In this document: positions 52,224 to 63,819 of the stretch, in pieces
Numbering within the stretch: position 1 is the first letter of the stretch
How the letters are laid out: every line of letters begins with the position of its first letter
Origin: Embleya hyalina
GTDB taxonomy: Bacteria > Actinomycetota > Actinomycetes > Streptomycetales > Streptomycetaceae
Length of the DNA stretch: 64,000 nucleotides
Reading direction: 5' to 3'
NCBI RefSeq assembly: GCF_003967355.1
Contig: NZ_BIFH01000051.1
Coordinates: 42,337 to 106,336, forward strand
Program-made: the position numbers and the translations under genes
Notes under the pieces: generated by a model
Seen by the model: only the letters and a program-made list of their open reading frames with translations
Database searches by the model: none
Told to the model about the DNA's origin: nothing

Positions 52224-52912
52224 GCGGAGGCGGGCTCCGGCGCGGCCTCGGCGGCCTGCGCCGGCTCCGGGATCCACGCGGCGGTGAGCACGCCGTGCCG
52301 GGTCCACCCCAGCGTGCGGTACAACTCCCGCCCGGCGGCGGTGGCGACCAGGACCCCGGTCCGGGCGCCGCGCGCGGCGGCGGCGTCGGCGAGCACGGTC
52401 ATCACCACGCTGCCCAGGCCGCGCCGACGGTGCGCGGGGTCGGTATGGATCTGGTCGGCCACCGCGGTGTCCCCGGTGACCCCGATCCGCCCGCGGGCGG
52501 CGACCGCGCCGTCGGCGGCGAGCAGCCGGCCGAAGATCGTCTCGTCCCGGCTCTCGACCTCGACCGTGTAGCCGGCCGGCGCCGCCACCGACTGTCGGCG
52601 CAGCGGCCCGGTCATCGGATACTCCGGCTCGCCCACGGTCCACGCGGAGGTGAGCGCGGGCCGCACCCGCTCGACGGGCGCGAGGGTCTTGATCCAGGTG
52701 CCGGGCTCGGTCCGGGTCCGAACCACCTCGGCCGGCCGGTCCGGGTCGAAGAACACGTAGCGCACCCGATGGCCGGGCAACCCGACGTCGAGCCGATACC
52801 CGCCGTCCACCGCGACCGGTGCCGTCACCGACCGAGCCACCGCCCACCCGCCGACCCAGGCCCGGATCAGCTCTGCGTCGGACATGACCCGTTCCCGATC
52901 GGCGGTGCTCAC
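52202..52912 (-). CDS. GNAT-family N-acetyltransferase, about 227-236 aa
   Basis: Acetyl-CoA-binding motif …HRRRGLGSVVMTVL… The 3' end overlaps the convergent giant gene by 22 nt. Confidence 0.7.
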   Translation of the reverse strand: MSTADRERVMSDAELIRAWVGGWAVARSVTAPVAVDGGYRLDVGLPGHRVRYVFFDPDRPAEVVRTRTEPGTWIKTLAPVERVRPALTSAWTVGEPEYPMTGPLRRQSVAAPAGYTVEVESRDETIFGRLLAADGAVAARGRIGVTGDTAVADQIHTDPAHRRRGLGSVVMTVLADAAAARGARTGVLVATAAGRELYRTLGWTRHGVLTAAWIPEPAQAAEAAPEPASAQPRAAG

Positions 52913-53238
52913 GACAACTCCCCATCACGGCGGCGACACGAACCGATCAAGCTTATTGCAAGGCGTTTGCAACAAGCCGAGCGCGGGTCCCTCCGCCGAG
53001 GCTCCGGGCGACCCGACCCCTCGCGTGCCTGGTCACCGAGAGCCGAGCGCGCCTCTCGTGTCCGCGCTTCCCGCGTCGTGCGGGGCGAGCTCCGGTCGAC
53101 CATCGCGCGGTGTGCGGAGCCGCCGTGCACGTGCTCGCCGAAGTGCCGGTGGCCCCATGGGACGCGGTGGACCCGAACGGCGCGGTGGACCCCGACGACG
53201 CGGAGCGATCGGCGTCGACGGCCGCGCCCGTGTGCCGG

Positions 53239-54213
53239 CTACGGGACGAGCACGACCCGGCCGAGTTGGGTGCGTTCCTCCAGCACTCGGTGGGCCCGTA
53301 CCGCCTCGGTCAGCGGGAGGGTCGCGTGGACGGCCACCCGCAGGCGGCCCGCCGCCAGGTGTTCGGCGAGTTCGGCCGTCTCCTCGCGGGCCCGTTCGGG
53401 GGCGGCGGCGCGCCAGGCCAGGAGGGAGAAGCCGGCCACGGATCGGAGGGCGAACAGGTCGGTGGGCGCGATGCCGGACACGTCGCCGCTCGCCGCGCCG
53501 TAGACCACGACCCGCCCGAACGGCGCCACCACGTCGAAACCGCGGCGCAGGATCTCCCCGCCCACCGAGTCCAGCACGACGTCCACGCCCCCGGGCACGA
53601 TCTCCCGCACCCGATCCGGCCAGTCGGCGGCGGAGTAGTCGACGGCGAAGTCGGCGCCGTACGCCCGGACGAAGTCGAACTTGGCCGCCGACCCGACGGC
53701 GGCCACGACCGTACCGGCGCCGAGCAGCTTGGCCAGTTGCACGACCAGGTGGCCGATCCCCCCGGCGGCGGCGTGCACCAATACCGTCTCGCCCGGGGCG
53801 AGTCGCCCGGTCCGCACCGCCCGCAGCGCCACCGGCGCGGCCAGCGGCAGCGCACTCGCCGCGCCGGGGTCGAGCCCGTCGGGCACCCGCACCGACCACT
53901 CGGCGTCGGCGAGCACGAAGTCGGCGAACGCGTCCTCGGCCAATGCGGCCACCCGCGCACCGACCGGCGGACCGGCCACCCCCGGGCCGAGTGCTTCGAC
54001 CCGGCCCACCACGTCACCGGTGAGCACGCCGGGCAGCGGGCGTCGGAACAGCGGACCGGCGGCGGGACCGCGCCTGAACCGGGTGTCGACGAAGTTGGCG
54101 CCGATCGCCTCGCTCCGGATCAGCACCTGTCCCGGTCCGGGCTTCGGCACATCGACCTCCTCCACGGTGAGGACTTCCGGATCGCCGTACTCGTGGTAGC
54201 GGACTCGTCGCAT
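53239..54213 (-). CDS. Zinc-type alcohol dehydrogenase / quinone oxidoreductase (MDR superfamily), about 324 aa
   Basis: Rossmann motif AAAGGIGHLVVQLAK. MDR domain organisation. Confidence 0.85.
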   Translation of the reverse strand: MRRVRYHEYGDPEVLTVEEVDVPKPGPGQVLIRSEAIGANFVDTRFRRGPAAGPLFRRPLPGVLTGDVVGRVEALGPGVAGPPVGARVAALAEDAFADFVLADAEWSVRVPDGLDPGAASALPLAAPVALRAVRTGRLAPGETVLVHAAAGGIGHLVVQLAKLLGAGTVVAAVGSAAKFDFVRAYGADFAVDYSAADWPDRVREIVPGGVDVVLDSVGGEILRRGFDVVAPFGRVVVYGAASGDVSGIAPTDLFALRSVAGFSLLAWRAAAPERAREETAELAEHLAAGRLRVAVHATLPLTEAVRAHRVLEERTQLGRVVLVP

Positions 54214-54262
54214 TCGACCCTCCGGGCGGCAGGAGAACATGGTGGATATCGACCGGCATCAA

Positions 54263-54314
54263 ACTGGACCGCCGGTCAAGTTGACTCGAACGTACTGGAC
54301 CGCCGGTCAAGTTG
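54263..54314. promoter_or_regulatory. Direct repeat (2x) of ACTGGACCGCCGGTCAAGTTG, each containing a GACCG-CCGGTC near-palindrome
   Basis: Two 21-nt copies lie 31 nt apart in the divergent MDR/tetR intergenic region. Confidence 0.55.
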
Positions 54315-54353
54315 TCCATGGATCACCAGCCTCGACCAGTGATGAGGAACGCG

Positions 54354-54971
54354 ATGCCCGACGCCCCCACCGACCGCCCCGAACGCGCCGACGCCGCCCG
54401 CAACCGGCGCGCGATCCTGCGCGCGACCGAGGAGCTGCTGGCCCGGCACCGCCCGGAGCAGATCTCGATGGAGCAGGTCGCCGCGGCGGCGGGCGTCGGC
54501 AAGGGCACGGTGTTCCACCGCTTCGGCAGCCGGATGGGCCTGATGGAGGCCCTGATGGCGGAGCGCGCGCTCGCCCTGACCGAGGCGGTCACCACCGGCC
54601 CGCCGCCGCTCGGCCCCGGCGCCCCGCCCCGCGAGCGCCTGCTCGCCTTCCTCGACGCCATCGTCGACGTGGTCGCCCGCAACAAGGGCCTGATGGCCGC
54701 ACTCGGCCACGCCGCGAGTACCGCTCCGAAACCGGACGTCGACCCCACCGAGGACCCGCGCACCGCACACCCGGTCTACGGGTTCTGGCACGGACACATC
54801 GCCGACCTGCTCGCCGCCCACCGCCCCGGCCTCGACGCCGAGACGCAGGCCCACCTCCTGCTCGCCGGCCTGCAAAGCCGATCCGTGTTGCGCCTGCTCG
54901 AACAGGGCGAGGGCGAACGGGTCGCCGCCGCCGTCCACACCCTGGCCGAAGCCCTGCTCACCGCCCCCTGA
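54354..54971 (+). CDS. TetR-family transcriptional regulator (paralogue of the 19370 TetR), about 205 aa
   Basis: HTH RNRRAILRATEELLARHRPEQISMEQVAAAAGVGKGTVFHRF. It shares the …GPPPLGPGAP.ERL.AFLDA… core with the other TetR. Confidence 0.9.
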   Translation: MPDAPTDRPERADAARNRRAILRATEELLARHRPEQISMEQVAAAAGVGKGTVFHRFGSRMGLMEALMAERALALTEAVTTGPPPLGPGAPPRERLLAFLDAIVDVVARNKGLMAALGHAASTAPKPDVDPTEDPRTAHPVYGFWHGHIADLLAAHRPGLDAETQAHLLLAGLQSRSVLRLLEQGEGERVAAAVHTLAEALLTAP

Positions 54972-55065
54972 CGCCCGCGCCCCCAACGCGTCGAGGCCGC
55001 CTCCGCACCCCGGCGCGAACCGGGAGGCGGGAAGCGGCCTCGACAGCGGGAACGGAGATCGAGCC

Positions 55066-56577
<1,512 letters not shown>

Positions 56578-56728
56578 TCACGCCCGCATAACGCATATGG
56601 TCATGCTAGCCATTCCCCCGGGGCGCTCCGATGTGATCTCGCATGCCGGAACTTCCCATATCGACGGGTGAGACGACGGTGAGGCGACGGCGGGTGGGAC
56701 GACGGCGGGTGGGCCCCGCCGATCCCCG

Positions 56729-57142
56729 TCAGTAGGCGTCCACCACCTCGACCTCCTCCTCGGTGATCACGCCGTCGACGATCCGGTACGACCGGAACTC
56801 GTAGGTGTCCTCCTCGCGCGTGGACACCAGCACGTAGTGCGCGTTCGGCTCGGACGCGTAGGACACGTCCGTGCGCGACGGATACGCCTCGGTCGCGGTG
56901 TGCGAGTGGTAGACGATCACCGGCTCCTCGTCCCGGTCGTCCATCTCCCGGTAGAGCTTGAACAGGTCGGCCGAGTCGAACTCGTAGAACGTGGGCGAGC
57001 GCGCGGCGTTGAGCATCGGGATGAACCGCTCGGGCCGGTCGCTGCCCTCGGGCCCGGCGACGACGCCACACGCCTCGTCGGGGTGGTCGGCACGGGCGTG
57101 GGCGACGATGCGATCGCGCAGGGCTGCGGTGATGGTGAGCAT
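56729..57142 (-). CDS. mec: Mec+ JAMM/MPN+ zinc metalloprotease (CysO C-terminal processing/desulfhydrase)
   Basis: …DHPDEACGVVAG… …VIVYHSHTATEAYPSRTDV… is the JAMM motif. Confidence 0.9.
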   Translation of the reverse strand: MLTITAALRDRIVAHARADHPDEACGVVAGPEGSDRPERFIPMLNAARSPTFYEFDSADLFKLYREMDDRDEEPVIVYHSHTATEAYPSRTDVSYASEPNAHYVLVSTREEDTYEFRSYRIVDGVITEEEVEVVDAY

Positions 57143-57211
57143 GCCCCGAGCGTACTGAGCACCCGCCCGACCCGTGTGCCCGCGCGGCCGGCGCCGGCTC
57201 CGCCCCCGCGC

Positions 57212-58621
57212 TCAGACCCGCGCCCCGTGCCCGCGCCGTACCGGGATGTACGCCACCACCAGGAACGCCACCCAGATCGGCACCACGTACAGCGCGATCC
57301 GGGTGTCCGCCGAGAAGCCGAGCAGGACCACCACCATCACCAAAAACGCCAGCACCGCCCAGCCCGTGTACGGCGCGCCCGGCATCCGGAAGCCGTGCCC
57401 GGCGAGCCGCCCCCGGTCCACCGCGCGCCGGTAGCGCATCTGGCAGCCGACGATCATGCCCCACGTCCACAGCGCGCCGACGGTGGCCACCGAGGTGATG
57501 TACATGAACGCCTTGTCCGGGACCACCGCGTTGACCAGCACCCCGAGCCCCATCACGATCGCCGAGGCGGTGATCGCCATGGCCGGCACCCGGTGCGAAC
57601 TGAGCCCGCTCACCCCCGGCGGCGCCTGCCCGTCCACCGCGAGCGTGCGCAACATGCGCCCGGTCGAGTACAGCCCCGAGTTGCACGAGGACAGCGCCGC
57701 GGTGAGCACCACGAAGTTGATGATCGCCGCCGCCGCAGGAATGCCCACCCGGTCGAAGACCAGCACGAACGGGCTCTCCTCGGCGTGGAAGTCGGTCCAC
57801 GGCGCCAGCGAGAGGATGATCACCAGGGCGCCGATGTAGAACAGCCCGATCCGGAACGGGATGGTGTTGATCGCGCGCGGCAGCACCTTCTCCGGGTTCT
57901 GCGCCTCGCCCGCGGTCACCCCGACCAGTTCGACACCCAGGAACGCGAACATCACGATCTGGAGCACCAGCAGGGTCTCTCCGACGCCGTTGGGCGCGAA
58001 CCCGCCGTCGGACCACAGGTGCGATACGGACGCCTGGTCGCCGGCCTCGCCGAAACCGAGGATCAGCACCCCGATGCCGACCAGGATCATCCCGATGATC
58101 GCGGTCACCTTGATCATCGAGAACCAGAACTCGAACTCGCCGAACAGCTTGACCGAGATCAGATTGGCCGCGAACAACACGAGCAGCACCACGAGCGCGG
58201 TCACCCACTGCGGGATCGCCGGCCACCAGTACTGCACGTAGACGCCCGCGGCGGTGATCTCCGCCATCCCGGTGACGACCCACATGATCCAGTACGTCCA
58301 CCCGGTGACGAACCCGGCGAACGGACCGAAGAACTCCCGCGCGTATTCCGCGAAACTGCCCGCCACCGGGCGGTACATCAGCAATTCGCCCAGCGCGCGC
58401 ATGACGAAGAAGATCATTACGCCGGCCACCGCGTAGGCGGCGATCAACGACGGCCCGGCCTTCTCGATCGCCCCGCCGGCACCGAGGAACAGCCCGGTGC
58501 CGATCGCCCCGCCGATGGCGATCATCTGGATCTGCCGGCCGTTCAGCCCCCGCTCGTAGCCCTCGGCGTCCGCGCCGGGCCCGGCCGCCGAGGCGGCCGA
58601 TCCGGCTTCGGTATCCATCAT
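57212..58621 (-). CDS. APC-superfamily amino-acid permease, 469 aa
   Basis: 12 TM helices. Signature …IQMIAIGGAIGTGLFLGAG… RBS AAGGGGAG. Tandem ATG ATG start. Confidence 0.85.
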   Translation of the reverse strand: MMDTEAGSAASAAGPGADAEGYERGLNGRQIQMIAIGGAIGTGLFLGAGGAIEKAGPSLIAAYAVAGVMIFFVMRALGELLMYRPVAGSFAEYAREFFGPFAGFVTGWTYWIMWVVTGMAEITAAGVYVQYWWPAIPQWVTALVVLLVLFAANLISVKLFGEFEFWFSMIKVTAIIGMILVGIGVLILGFGEAGDQASVSHLWSDGGFAPNGVGETLLVLQIVMFAFLGVELVGVTAGEAQNPEKVLPRAINTIPFRIGLFYIGALVIILSLAPWTDFHAEESPFVLVFDRVGIPAAAAIINFVVLTAALSSCNSGLYSTGRMLRTLAVDGQAPPGVSGLSSHRVPAMAITASAIVMGLGVLVNAVVPDKAFMYITSVATVGALWTWGMIVGCQMRYRRAVDRGRLAGHGFRMPGAPYTGWAVLAFLVMVVVLLGFSADTRIALYVVPIWVAFLVVAYIPVRRGHGARV

Positions 58622-58749
58622 GATCGCTCCCCTTCGTCGGTACGGAGGCCGTATTACCAACGACGGGGAGTGGAAACCGGTATTCCGATTGTTCCTGCGT
58701 GTCCCTTTCGCGGGGACGGCCGGTTCGTCGTGGGTGCGCCGGTGCGCGG

Positions 58750-59397
58750 TTACAACGCGCCGAGCAGGGAGTCCTGGAGGCCGCCCAGCCAGTGGAACAC
58801 CGCGAACAGCCACCGGCGCGGGTCGTCGTCGGCCAGCTTGGCCTCGAACTCCTCCATGTCCTCGGTGACTTCCAGTCGTGTACCGATCACCAGGCGCAGG
58901 TCGTTGAGGGTGCCGAGCCAGGCCTGTACACCCGGCGCGTCCAGCACCACCCGGTGCTCGCGGCCGCTCACGACCCGGTCGTCCTCGGCCGGTTCGGTCA
59001 GATCGACCAGTTCGGCAAGGTCGGCGAGCACGATCCGCGCGTTGTCCCGCTTGCGCAGCCGCAGGTCGGTCTCGGTGTACCGGCGGAACTCGGCCGCCGC
59101 CGCCACGTCGTCGGCGTAGGCGTCCGGCAACAGGCGGGCCAGCGCCGGGTCGTCCGGAGTGGCCGGCACCTCGGTCGAGCCGAGCCCGGTCAGGCCCAAT
59201 TCGGCGGCCAGCGGATCGACCGCCTCGTCGTCCGGCGAGACCATCTCGACCAGTTGACCGCACAGATCGGCCAGCACTCGCACGTGCATGTCCTCGAGGA
59301 CGATCTCGGGCCGTCCCGAGCGTCCGCGCATGAAGAGGCCGTTCACAGGCTGTGCAACTCCCGGAGAATATGGGCGAGGAGAGGGTGCGACGGCCAC
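58750..59397 (-). CDS. DUF2017-domain protein (conserved ClpS neighbour in Actinobacteria), about 193-215 aa
   Basis: Acidic helical protein immediately downstream of clpS. The start is uncertain (internal ATG at about 59331). Confidence 0.6.
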   Translation of the reverse strand: MAVAPSPRPYSPGVAQPVNGLFMRGRSGRPEIVLEDMHVRVLADLCGQLVEMVSPDDEAVDPLAAELGLTGLGSTEVPATPDDPALARLLPDAYADDVAAAAEFRRYTETDLRLRKRDNARIVLADLAELVDLTEPAEDDRVVSGREHRVVLDAPGVQAWLGTLNDLRLVIGTRLEVTEDMEEFEAKLADDDPRRWLFAVFHWLGGLQDSLLGAL

Positions 59398-59434
59398 CCG
59401 AGGGGCCGGCCGGGTCGTTCCAACCGCGCGGGCG

Positions 59435-59725
59435 TCACTTGTCGTGCTGGATGGTCGCCCACAGCCCGAACCCGTGCATCGCCGTCGTGTCGCGCTCCAT
59501 CTCCTCGCGCGTCCCCGACGACACCACGGCCCGACCCTTGTTGTGCACGTCGTGCATCAGCTTCTCGGCCTTGCGCTTCGGATAGCCGAAGTAGGACTGG
59601 AAGACGTAGGTGACGTACGACATCAGGTTGATCGGATCGTTCCAGACGATGCACACCCATGGGGTCTCGGCCCGGACGTCCTCGTCGGGCTGATGCTTCT
59701 CGACCTCGATGGGAGCGACACTCAT
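59435..59725 (-). CDS. clpS: ATP-dependent Clp protease adaptor ClpS
   Basis: …[55 protein letters not shown]… matches the ClpS core. Confidence 0.9.
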   Translation of the reverse strand: MSVAPIEVEKHQPDEDVRAETPWVCIVWNDPINLMSYVTYVFQSYFGYPKRKAEKLMHDVHNKGRAVVSSGTREEMERDTTAMHGFGLWATIQHDK

Positions 59726-59841
59726 GGGACCCATGCTGCCATCAGGCCAGGGCCCGGGCGAACCGGCTCGACGGGGGTGGGCGTGCCCGGATGTGACCCG
59801 GGGCGTACCCGTCCCCCCTCGGGTACGGCAAAATCCCGCGC

Positions 59842-60786
59842 ATGTCCTCTGCGCCCGCACCGGGTTGGTACCCGGACCCGGAGATCACCGGCCACATCCG
59901 TTACTGGGACGGCGGTGCCTGGGTGCCGGACAGCAGCCGGCCCGCCGAGGAACCCGGCCGGCCCGCCGACGGCCCGACCGCCGACGTGGGCGGCGGCGCG
60001 ATCCGGGCCAACACGCCCGAGGCGATCGAGCAGGGCGGCCGGGTGATCCGCGGCGAGGTGCTGTCCACGAGCACCGGCGCGCCCTACGACATGTCGTCGA
60101 CCGGGATGTACGCGCCGCCGAGCGCCGAGCCGGGACCGGCCGCCGGGCCGGGCGCGCCGCGTTCGGGGCCGACCGGTCCGACCGCGCCGACCGGTGGGCG
60201 GAGGGGGGCGACGCCGCCGGCCGAGACCGTGCCGCCGCCGCGCGCCGACGGCGAGCCGGGGCCGTGGCGGCCGGTACAGGCCGACCTGTTCGGCAGCAAC
60301 GAGCGACGGCCGGCGCACCTGGGCCGGCGCCTGCTCGCCCGGATCGCCGACGCGCTGGTGCCGCTCGCGGCCGGCATCGCGGTGGCCATCCCGGTCGTGC
60401 CGGACGCGGTCGACCACATCCGGGACAAGATCGACCGGGCCCGCTACGAGGGGCGCGACACCACGGTGTGGCTGCTCGACGGCACCACCGGCACCGCGCT
60501 CGCCATCGTGCTCGGCACGGTGCTCGCGGCGGCGCTGCTGTACGAGGCGCTGCCCACCTGGAAGTGGGGCCGCTCGCTGGGCAAGACCCTGTTCGGCCTG
60601 CGGGTGGCCGACCTGGACAGCCACGACACCCCCACGCTGTGGCAGTCGGTACGGCGCTGGCTGGTCCTGTACGTCCCGGGCGTGTTCGTCGTCGGCGTGC
60701 TCGGCGCGCTGTGGGGGCTGTTCGACCGGCCGTGGCGCCAGGGGCTGCACGACAAGGCGGCCCGTACGTTCGTCGCCCGGGACTGA
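59842..60786 (+). CDS. DUF2510 (GWYPDP) N-terminal domain plus RDD-family membrane protein, 314 aa
   Basis: N-terminus …[21 protein letters not shown]… The RDD core is near the C-terminus (…[11 protein letters not shown]… …[14 protein letters not shown]…). Confidence 0.75.
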   Translation: MSSAPAPGWYPDPEITGHIRYWDGGAWVPDSSRPAEEPGRPADGPTADVGGGAIRANTPEAIEQGGRVIRGEVLSTSTGAPYDMSSTGMYAPPSAEPGPAAGPGAPRSGPTGPTAPTGGRRGATPPAETVPPPRADGEPGPWRPVQADLFGSNERRPAHLGRRLLARIADALVPLAAGIAVAIPVVPDAVDHIRDKIDRARYEGRDTTVWLLDGTTGTALAIVLGTVLAAALLYEALPTWKWGRSLGKTLFGLRVADLDSHDTPTLWQSVRRWLVLYVPGVFVVGVLGALWGLFDRPWRQGLHDKAARTFVARD

Positions 60787-60833
60787 ACGGGCGGCGGGCG
60801 GGTCCGCACGGCGCACCCGACTCGCCCGCCCCC

Positions 60834-60869
60834 GTCACCGGTCACCGGTCACCCGTCACCCGTCACCCG
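60834..60869. repeat. Heptanucleotide microsatellite (GTCACC[G/C]) x5
   Basis: gtcaccggtcaccggtcacccgtcacccgtcacccgt in the RDD/RDD intergenic region. Confidence 0.8.
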
Positions 60870-60921
60870 TACAGACGCGACACGCCAGGGTTGGCCGAAG
60901 GCGTCACGCTCACGTCGGGTT

Positions 60922-61650
60922 ATGTCCGCTTTACTCAGTTTTATGACAGGAAGCCCACCGCCCCCGCCGCCGCCTTCCGATCCGTCCGGCAACGACCCGA
61001 CGGGCGGGAACCCGTCCGGACAACAACCGCCCGCCGGCAGCCGACCTCCGTACGGGCAGGATCCGACCGGGCAACAACCGCCCTACGGACGGGATCCGTC
61101 CCAACAGCCGCCGTACGGCCAGGACCCCACGGGCCAGTACCCCTACGGCCAGGGCGGCCCGTACGGCCAGGAGCCGACCTACGGCGCGGGCGCGGGCGGC
61201 GGATACGGCGGCGGGCCGACGCTCGGCGGGCCGCTGCGCCGACTGGTCGCGCGGATCATCGACAGCCTGATCGTCGGCGTGGTCGCCGGCCTGATCTCCT
61301 GGCCGGTCACCGGCAACGACTACGACGACGTGTCGTTCGGCGCCCAATTCACCTCGGGGCTGATCTTCTCGCTGATCTACTTCGTCTACGAGGGCTTCCA
61401 ACTCGACCGGTTCGGCCGCACCCTCGGCAAGCGGGTGGTGCGCATCCGGGTGGTTCGGGTGGCCGACGGCGGGCCCATCGCGGGGTCGATCGCGTGGACC
61501 CGCGCCGGCGTCTACACCCTTCCGGTCATCGTGCCCTGTCTGGGCACGTTGTTCTGGCTGGTCAACGTCCTGTGGCAGTTGTGGGATCAGCCCTGGCACC
61601 AGTGCCTGCACGACAAGGCCGCGCGCACCACGGTCATCCGCGGGGCGTGA
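60922..61650 (+). CDS. RDD-family membrane protein with Pro/Gln/Tyr-rich repeat N-terminus (PPYGQDPTGQQ x4-5), 242 aa
   Basis: Peptide repeats are encoded by imperfect 33-nt DNA repeats (about 61030-61150). The RDD core is …RLVARIIDSLIVG… …[14 protein letters not shown]. Confidence 0.75.
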   Translation: MSALLSFMTGSPPPPPPPSDPSGNDPTGGNPSGQQPPAGSRPPYGQDPTGQQPPYGRDPSQQPPYGQDPTGQYPYGQGGPYGQEPTYGAGAGGGYGGGPTLGGPLRRLVARIIDSLIVGVVAGLISWPVTGNDYDDVSFGAQFTSGLIFSLIYFVYEGFQLDRFGRTLGKRVVRIRVVRVADGGPIAGSIAWTRAGVYTLPVIVPCLGTLFWLVNVLWQLWDQPWHQCLHDKAARTTVIRGA

Positions 61651-61837
61651 CCCGAGCCGAGTGATGCCGTGCGCGGATCCCGAGTACTGCCGTCGTCGTG
61701 CCGAGCGCGACCCCGATGCCCATGGCGACGGCAGCCCCCGCCACGGTGCGCGGTTCCCATGCCGCGAGTAGTGAGACCGTCAAGACGATCGTGACGAATA
61801 CGCCGTAGCCGAGTCGGAAGAAGTCTCCTCTTGCCAC
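61634..61837 (-). CDS. Small two-TM membrane protein, 67 aa (candidate)
   Basis: GTG start with GGGGAGGTG 7 nt upstream. Two hydrophobic helices. Moderate GC3. Confidence 0.35.
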   Translation of the reverse strand: MARGDFFRLGYGVFVTIVLTVSLLAAWEPRTVAGAAVAMGIGVALGTTTAVLGIRARHHSARVTPRG

Positions 61838-62019
61838 GACGCACCACCTCCCCTGCACCCCTTTGTGCACGCCCCCCTGTTTCACGCTACTGCGCGCGAC
61901 GCGCAATGTAAGCATTCGATCGCGATCGGGATTTATCGGTCCCGACTCCGGGCACCCTCCCGCGATCGGTCGGGGCGGTGGTCCTCGATCTCGGACCACC
62001 CGAGCCCCGGAGCGTCCTC

Positions 62020-63819
62020 GTGCATCCCAGGCGCGTCACTCCCGCCCTCGTCACCGTGTTGTGCGCGCTGCCGATCCTCGCCGCGGTGCCCACTCCCGCG
62101 GCGCCGGGACCCGGCGAACCGGCCGCGGGGGCCGACGCCGGGGCCTTCGCCGAACGCGACCACGACCTGTCACACCCGTTCAGCGAGCGGCGCCGACAGC
62201 GGCGCGACGCGGCGGTGCGGGCGATGACCGAGGAACCGGGGCCGGTCTCGCGCACCGTGCCGGCGGGGGAGGCGGGCCGCGCCGAGACCCGACCGCCCGC
62301 CGAGTCGCGGGTGTTCGTGATCCTGGTCGAGTTCGGCGACCGCGTCGACGGCCCGAACGGACAGCGCCACGACTCGCGCCCCGGCCCACGGCACAACACG
62401 ATCCCCGCGCCGGACCGGGCCCGGGACACCACCACGATGTGGCGGCCGAGCTACGAACGCGACCACTACCGGGACCTGTTCTTCGGCCCGGGCACGGTCG
62501 CGCCGTCCCTGGCCTCGTACTACCTGCGGCAGTCGGCGGGACGCTACTCGATCGACGGCGAGGTCGCCGACTGGGTGCGGGTGCCGTACAACGAGGCGCG
62601 CTACGGCAACGACGCGTGTGGCAGGAACGTCTGCCGGGACGTCTGGGCGCTGGTCCGCGACGCGCTGAAGGCCTGGTACGACGGGCGGGCCGCAGAGGGG
62701 CTGAGCGCCGCGCGGATCCGCGAGCGACTCGCCTCGTTCGACCGGTGGGACCGGGACGACTTCGACGGCGACGGGAACTTCGACGAGCCCGACGGCTACC
62801 TGGACAACGTGGAGATCGTGCACGCCGGCGTGGACAAGGCCCAGGGCGGCGGCGAACAGGGCCGCGGCGCGATCTGGTCGCACCGCTGGTACGCGGAGGC
62901 CGACCAGGTGGGCCGCACCGGGCCGGCCGACAACCGGGCGGGCGGGGTGCCGATCGGGGACTCGGGGATGTGGGTCGGCGACTACACGATGCAGCCGGAG
63001 AACGGCGGGCTGGGCGTGATCGCACACGAGTTCGGCCACAACCTGGGCCTGCCGGACCTGTACGACCGGGGCGACTCCGCCGAAGGCCCACCCGGCTTCT
63101 GGTCACTGATGGCCCTCGGCGCCTACCTCGGCGACGAGGACGGCGCGGGCTCCCTGCCGGGCGCCCTGTCCGCGTGGGACAAGCTCCAACTCGGCTGGCT
63201 GGACGTCCGAGTCGTCGACCCGACCCGAAAAACCGTGGTGCAACTGGCCCCCAACCAGTCCACGGGCGACCCACAGGCCCTGCTGATCCCACTCCCCCCA
63301 CGCCCCGACGGCGCGAAACGCTGGTACATCGTCGAAAACCGCCAATACGTGGGCGCCGACACCACCCTGGTCGACGGCCCGTACCACCTCACCGCCGGCA
63401 AACGTGTGGCCATCCACTTCCCCTACGGCGAGGGCGTGCTGATCTGGCTGTGGGACACCGCGTTCACCGACAACGACGTCTCCCGCCACCCGGGCGAGGG
63501 CCTGATCCTCCCGATCGACATCCACCCGGACCCCCTCCGCGACCCCACCGGCAAACCCCTGCCCACCCGCTTCCAAATCGCCGACGCGGCCCTGACCGCA
63601 AAATCCGAACAAACCTCCGCGATCACCCTGGGCCACCTGGGCACCTTCCCTTCCCGCCCGGGCACCCCGACCTTCACCGACACAGCCACCGCCTACTGGT
63701 CCCAGGCATCCCCCACGGCCGGCGTGAAGGTCCCCCACAGCGGCGTACAAATCCACACGGAAGGCCCCACCAGAACAGGCGGCGCCACAAGAGTCACAAT
63801 CACCGGACCAACCCCATGA
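62020..63819 (+). CDS. Secreted M6-family metalloprotease (immune inhibitor A / InhA-like)
   Basis: Signal peptide. Zinc site HEFGHNLGLPDLYD. The M6 catalytic domain is followed by a C-terminal beta-rich domain. Confidence 0.85.
   Translation: MHPRRVTPALVTVLCALPILAAVPTPAAPGPGEPAAGADAGAFAERDHDLSHPFSERRRQRRDAAVRAMTEEPGPVSRTVPAGEAGRAETRPPAESRVFVILVEFGDRVDGPNGQRHDSRPGPRHNTIPAPDRARDTTTMWRPSYERDHYRDLFFGPGTVAPSLASYYLRQSAGRYSIDGEVADWVRVPYNEARYGNDACGRNVCRDVWALVRDALKAWYDGRAAEGLSAARIRERLASFDRWDRDDFDGDGNFDEPDGYLDNVEIVHAGVDKAQGGGEQGRGAIWSHRWYAEADQVGRTGPADNRAGGVPIGDSGMWVGDYTMQPENGGLGVIAHEFGHNLGLPDLYDRGDSAEGPPGFWSLMALGAYLGDEDGAGSLPGALSAWDKLQLGWLDVRVVDPTRKTVVQLAPNQSTGDPQALLIPLPPRPDGAKRWYIVENRQYVGADTTLVDGPYHLTAGKRVAIHFPYGEGVLIWLWDTAFTDNDVSRHPGEGLILPIDIHPDPLRDPTGKPLPTRFQIADAALTAKSEQTSAITLGHLGTFPSRPGTPTFTDTATAYWSQASPTAGVKVPHSGVQIHTEGPTRTGGATRVTITGPTP

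Noticed and set aside
45870-52928. 2352-aa minus-strand ORF antisense to flotillin and the giant AAA+ gene
   Set aside because: Same reasoning: no domain signatures and low-complexity Arg/Gly/Pro composition. The sense-strand genes have clear motifs and GC3 bias.
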